NCBI GenBank assembly: GCA_963842525.1
Contig: CAWJGT010000028.1
Coordinates: 1-21,723, forward strand
Source: an uncultured Holophagales bacterium
GTDB lineage: Bacteria; Acidobacteriota; Thermoanaerobaculia; Multivoradales; UBA5704
DNA length: 21,723 nucleotides
Reading direction: 5' to 3'
The notes beneath the pieces are model-generated. The model was not told where the DNA came from, did no database searches, and saw only the letters and a list, made by a program, of their open reading frames with translations. A program made the position numbers and the translations under genes. How positions within the stretch are numbered: position 1 is the first letter of the stretch; every line of letters begins with the position of its first letter. Shown in pieces: positions 19,466 to 21,723 of this stretch.

Positions 19466-20190
19466 GCCGAAGCGTCGCTCGCCAGGTAGAGGGCGGCGCC
19501 GATCAGGTCGTCCGTCGTCCCGATCCGCCGCTGCGGGATGGCGCGCAGCGCCCGCTCCCGGGCCTCGGGCGTGGACCACAGCGCCTCGCTGAAGCGGGTC
19601 TCGATCAGACCGGGCGCGATGGCGTTGACCCGGATGCTGTCCCGCGCCAGCTCGGCCGCCAGGGTCCTGGTCAGCATCAGGACCGCCGCCTTGGTCACGC
19701 CGTAGACGCCCAACCCGCCGTGCGGCACCAGGCCGGCCACCGAGGCGATGTTGACGATCCGTCCGCCGCCGCGGGCGCGCATCCGCGGCACGCAGGCCTT
19801 CACCGTGTGGACATAGCCCTTCACATTCACCTCGAAGGTCTTGTCCCAGTGCGACTCCTCGGCGTCGAGAAGCGGCCCGAAGTGCGGGCTGGTGGCCGCG
19901 TTGTTGACCAGCACGTCCACGCCGCCGTAGGCCTCCTCGGCACGGACGACGAGCGCCTCGGCGTCGGCAGCGCGCCCGGTGTGGCAGGCCACGGCGATCG
20001 CCTCGCCGCCATCCGCCTGAATGCCGTCGGCCACGGCCTGGAGGCCCTCCAGCTTGCGGCTCGCCAGGACCACCCGCGCTCCGGCCGCCGCAAGGGCCCG
20101 CGCAATGGCCTCGCCGATCCCGCGCGAGGCGCCGGTCACCACGGCCACCCGGCCGGTGAGGTCGAAAAGCTTCCCAGGAATTTCGGTCAT
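19405..20190 (-). CDS. Short-chain dehydrogenase/reductase (DHRS4-like)
   Basis: [12 protein letters not shown], catalytic [18 protein letters not shown]. Confidence 0.93.
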   Translation of the reverse strand: MTEIPGKLFDLTGRVAVVTGASRGIGEAIARALAAAGARVVLASRKLEGLQAVADGIQADGGEAIAVACHTGRAADAEALVVRAEEAYGGVDVLVNNAATSPHFGPLLDAEESHWDKTFEVNVKGYVHTVKACVPRMRARGGGRIVNIASVAGLVPHGGLGVYGVTKAAVLMLTRTLAAELARDSIRVNAIAPGLIETRFSEALWSTPEARERALRAIPQRRIGTTDDLIGAALYLASDASAYTTGAVLVVDGGQTLGGAY

Positions 20191-20206
20191 GGCGTCGGAC
20201 GATATC

Positions 20207-21225
20207 TCATCGAGCCGGCCGCAGCACGGCCTTCCGCGCCAGCCACCTCGCCGCGGACCGCACCGGCAACGGCATGCCACGGATGAGCCGGCTGCGTGGG
20301 GATGCAGCAAGGGCCGGAATCGTCTCGAAGAGCAGCTCCGCCCAGCGCGGGACCAGGGCCTCGGCCGTGAAGCCCGCGCCACGGCGGCGGCCGTTCTCCA
20401 CCATGGTCTGATAGAGGCCCGGATCGTCCCGCAGGCGGAGGACGGCAGACTTCGCCTCCTCGACGGAGGCCGCCTCCTGATAGTCGAGATCAGACTGACG
20501 CAGCTCGCGGAACGCATGTTCGGGCCCCAGGACCGAAGGGACGCCGGCCAGCCAGGCATTGTAGAGCTTGGTGGCCGGTTTCGAGGTGCGCAGCGCCGGC
20601 TCCCGCCTCCGACCCTCGGGCCGGACGGCGAGGAACACGTCGACCGTCCGGAAGTCGGGCCACTCCAGGACGAGCCGGTCCGTCTGCTCGCCCGCAAACT
20701 CGACGGAGTCGACCACCCACTCGATGCCGAGGCCGGCGAGGAAGCCGGTCCATTCCGCAGAGCGGAAGCCGGGGTGGAGGTTGGCATCGAACCCCTTGTA
20801 GGCGATGCGCTCGATCCGGGTGCCGCGGGCGGGATCGCGCGGGATCAAACCCGGCTGGGGCCAGTGGGGAACGAAGAAACGCTTCCGACCGTCGGCGAAG
20901 CGGCCGTTCTGCACGATCTCGAAGTCGGCCAGGAGCGGCTCGCGGTTGTCCGCCCGGACGCCGACCAGGACCACGTCGCGCATCCGCCGCCGCGCGCGCC
21001 GCAAGGCCCCGGCCTGCTTGGCGTGGAAGACGACAAGGCCCTCCTCGGAGGCTCTCCCGCGAGCTGCACGGGGTACCCGGCGCTGGCGAGCCGCAGGAAG
21101 GCCTGAAGGATCCAGATGCGCTCGCCGCGCTGGAAGGCCCGCCAGTCGTGGTCGGGATCGAGCCCGCGCAGGTGGTCGAGGTCCTCTTCACCGCTCAGGA
21201 AGAACGTGCACTGCACGGGCCGCAT
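20207..21225 (-). CDS. Glycosyltransferase-like protein (GT-B-type C-terminus), frameshifted near 21046
   Basis: MRPVQCTFF...GEPP continues as [10 protein letters not shown]...ADFEIVQN...[21 protein letters not shown] if one base is added. Confidence 0.65.
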
Positions 21226-21279
21226 GATAGCGCCCGACCGGAGGCTCGTATGCTCGCCGGGATGAGAAAGGAGCGAGCC

Positions 21280-21703
21280 ATGGCGGTCGAGATGACGGGC
21301 AGGTACATCGGCAACCTCAAAGTGGAGCTGACCCACGGCCCCTCGGGCACGCAGATCAAGACTGCGGCCCCGGTGGACAACCAGGGAGACGGCGGCTGCT
21401 TCTCGCCCACCGACCTCGCCTCGGTAGCGCTCGGCACCTGCATGGTCACCGTGATGGCCATCGTCGCCGAGCGCGACGGCATCGACATGAGCAGCGTCTC
21501 CTTCCAACTGGAGAAACACATGTCTGCCAGCCCGCGCCGGATCAGCCGCATCCCCGTGACGATTCAGATGCCGAAAGGCCTCACCCCCGACCAGCGCAGA
21601 AGCTCAGCGCACCGCCCTCACCTGCCCCGTCCACCAGAGCCTCCACCCCGACATCGAGAGGCCGGTTACGTTCGTGTACGAGGATGGGGAGGTGACGAGG
21701 TGA
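21280..21703 (+). CDS. OsmC/Ohr-family protein with two apparent single-base deletions (~21598, ~21607)
   Basis: AAGGAG RBS; DNQG..FSPTDL...LGTC; the second Cys motif TCPVHQSLHPDI lies in a shifted frame; adding 2 nt gives 141 aa. Confidence 0.85.
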
Positions 21704-21723
21704 CGGCTGCGATGTAAGAATGA

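Overview
This is a GC-rich bacterial chromosomal segment; its style suggests Acidobacteriota/Thermoanaerobaculia or similar, which is an inference only. The housekeeping backbone is an oligopeptide ABC transporter (substrate-binding protein plus two permeases), an MFS efflux pump, queA, larE-larB, gcvT-gcvH-gcvP, a Spy/CpxP-like protein, sixA plus a CHAD protein, an SDR, a glycosyltransferase-like gene and an OsmC-family gene. A ~4.4 kb accessory block (6063-10478) lies between queA and larB. It holds a coupled two-gene operon: a small helical Bell-like protein with a C-terminal Gly/Ala/Val motif, and a NACHT (NLR-like) NTPase with the same motif near its N-terminus (24/39 identical) and a C-terminal FGE-sulfatase/C-type-lectin-fold domain. 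This is the architecture of an amyloid-signalling immune module, here with a sensor type often diversified by diversity-generating retroelements (DGRs). Upstream are two unrelated palindromic 20-21 bp tandem arrays flanking an internally deleted SRPBCC-like gene remnant. Three genes carry single-base deletions that look like sequencing errors.
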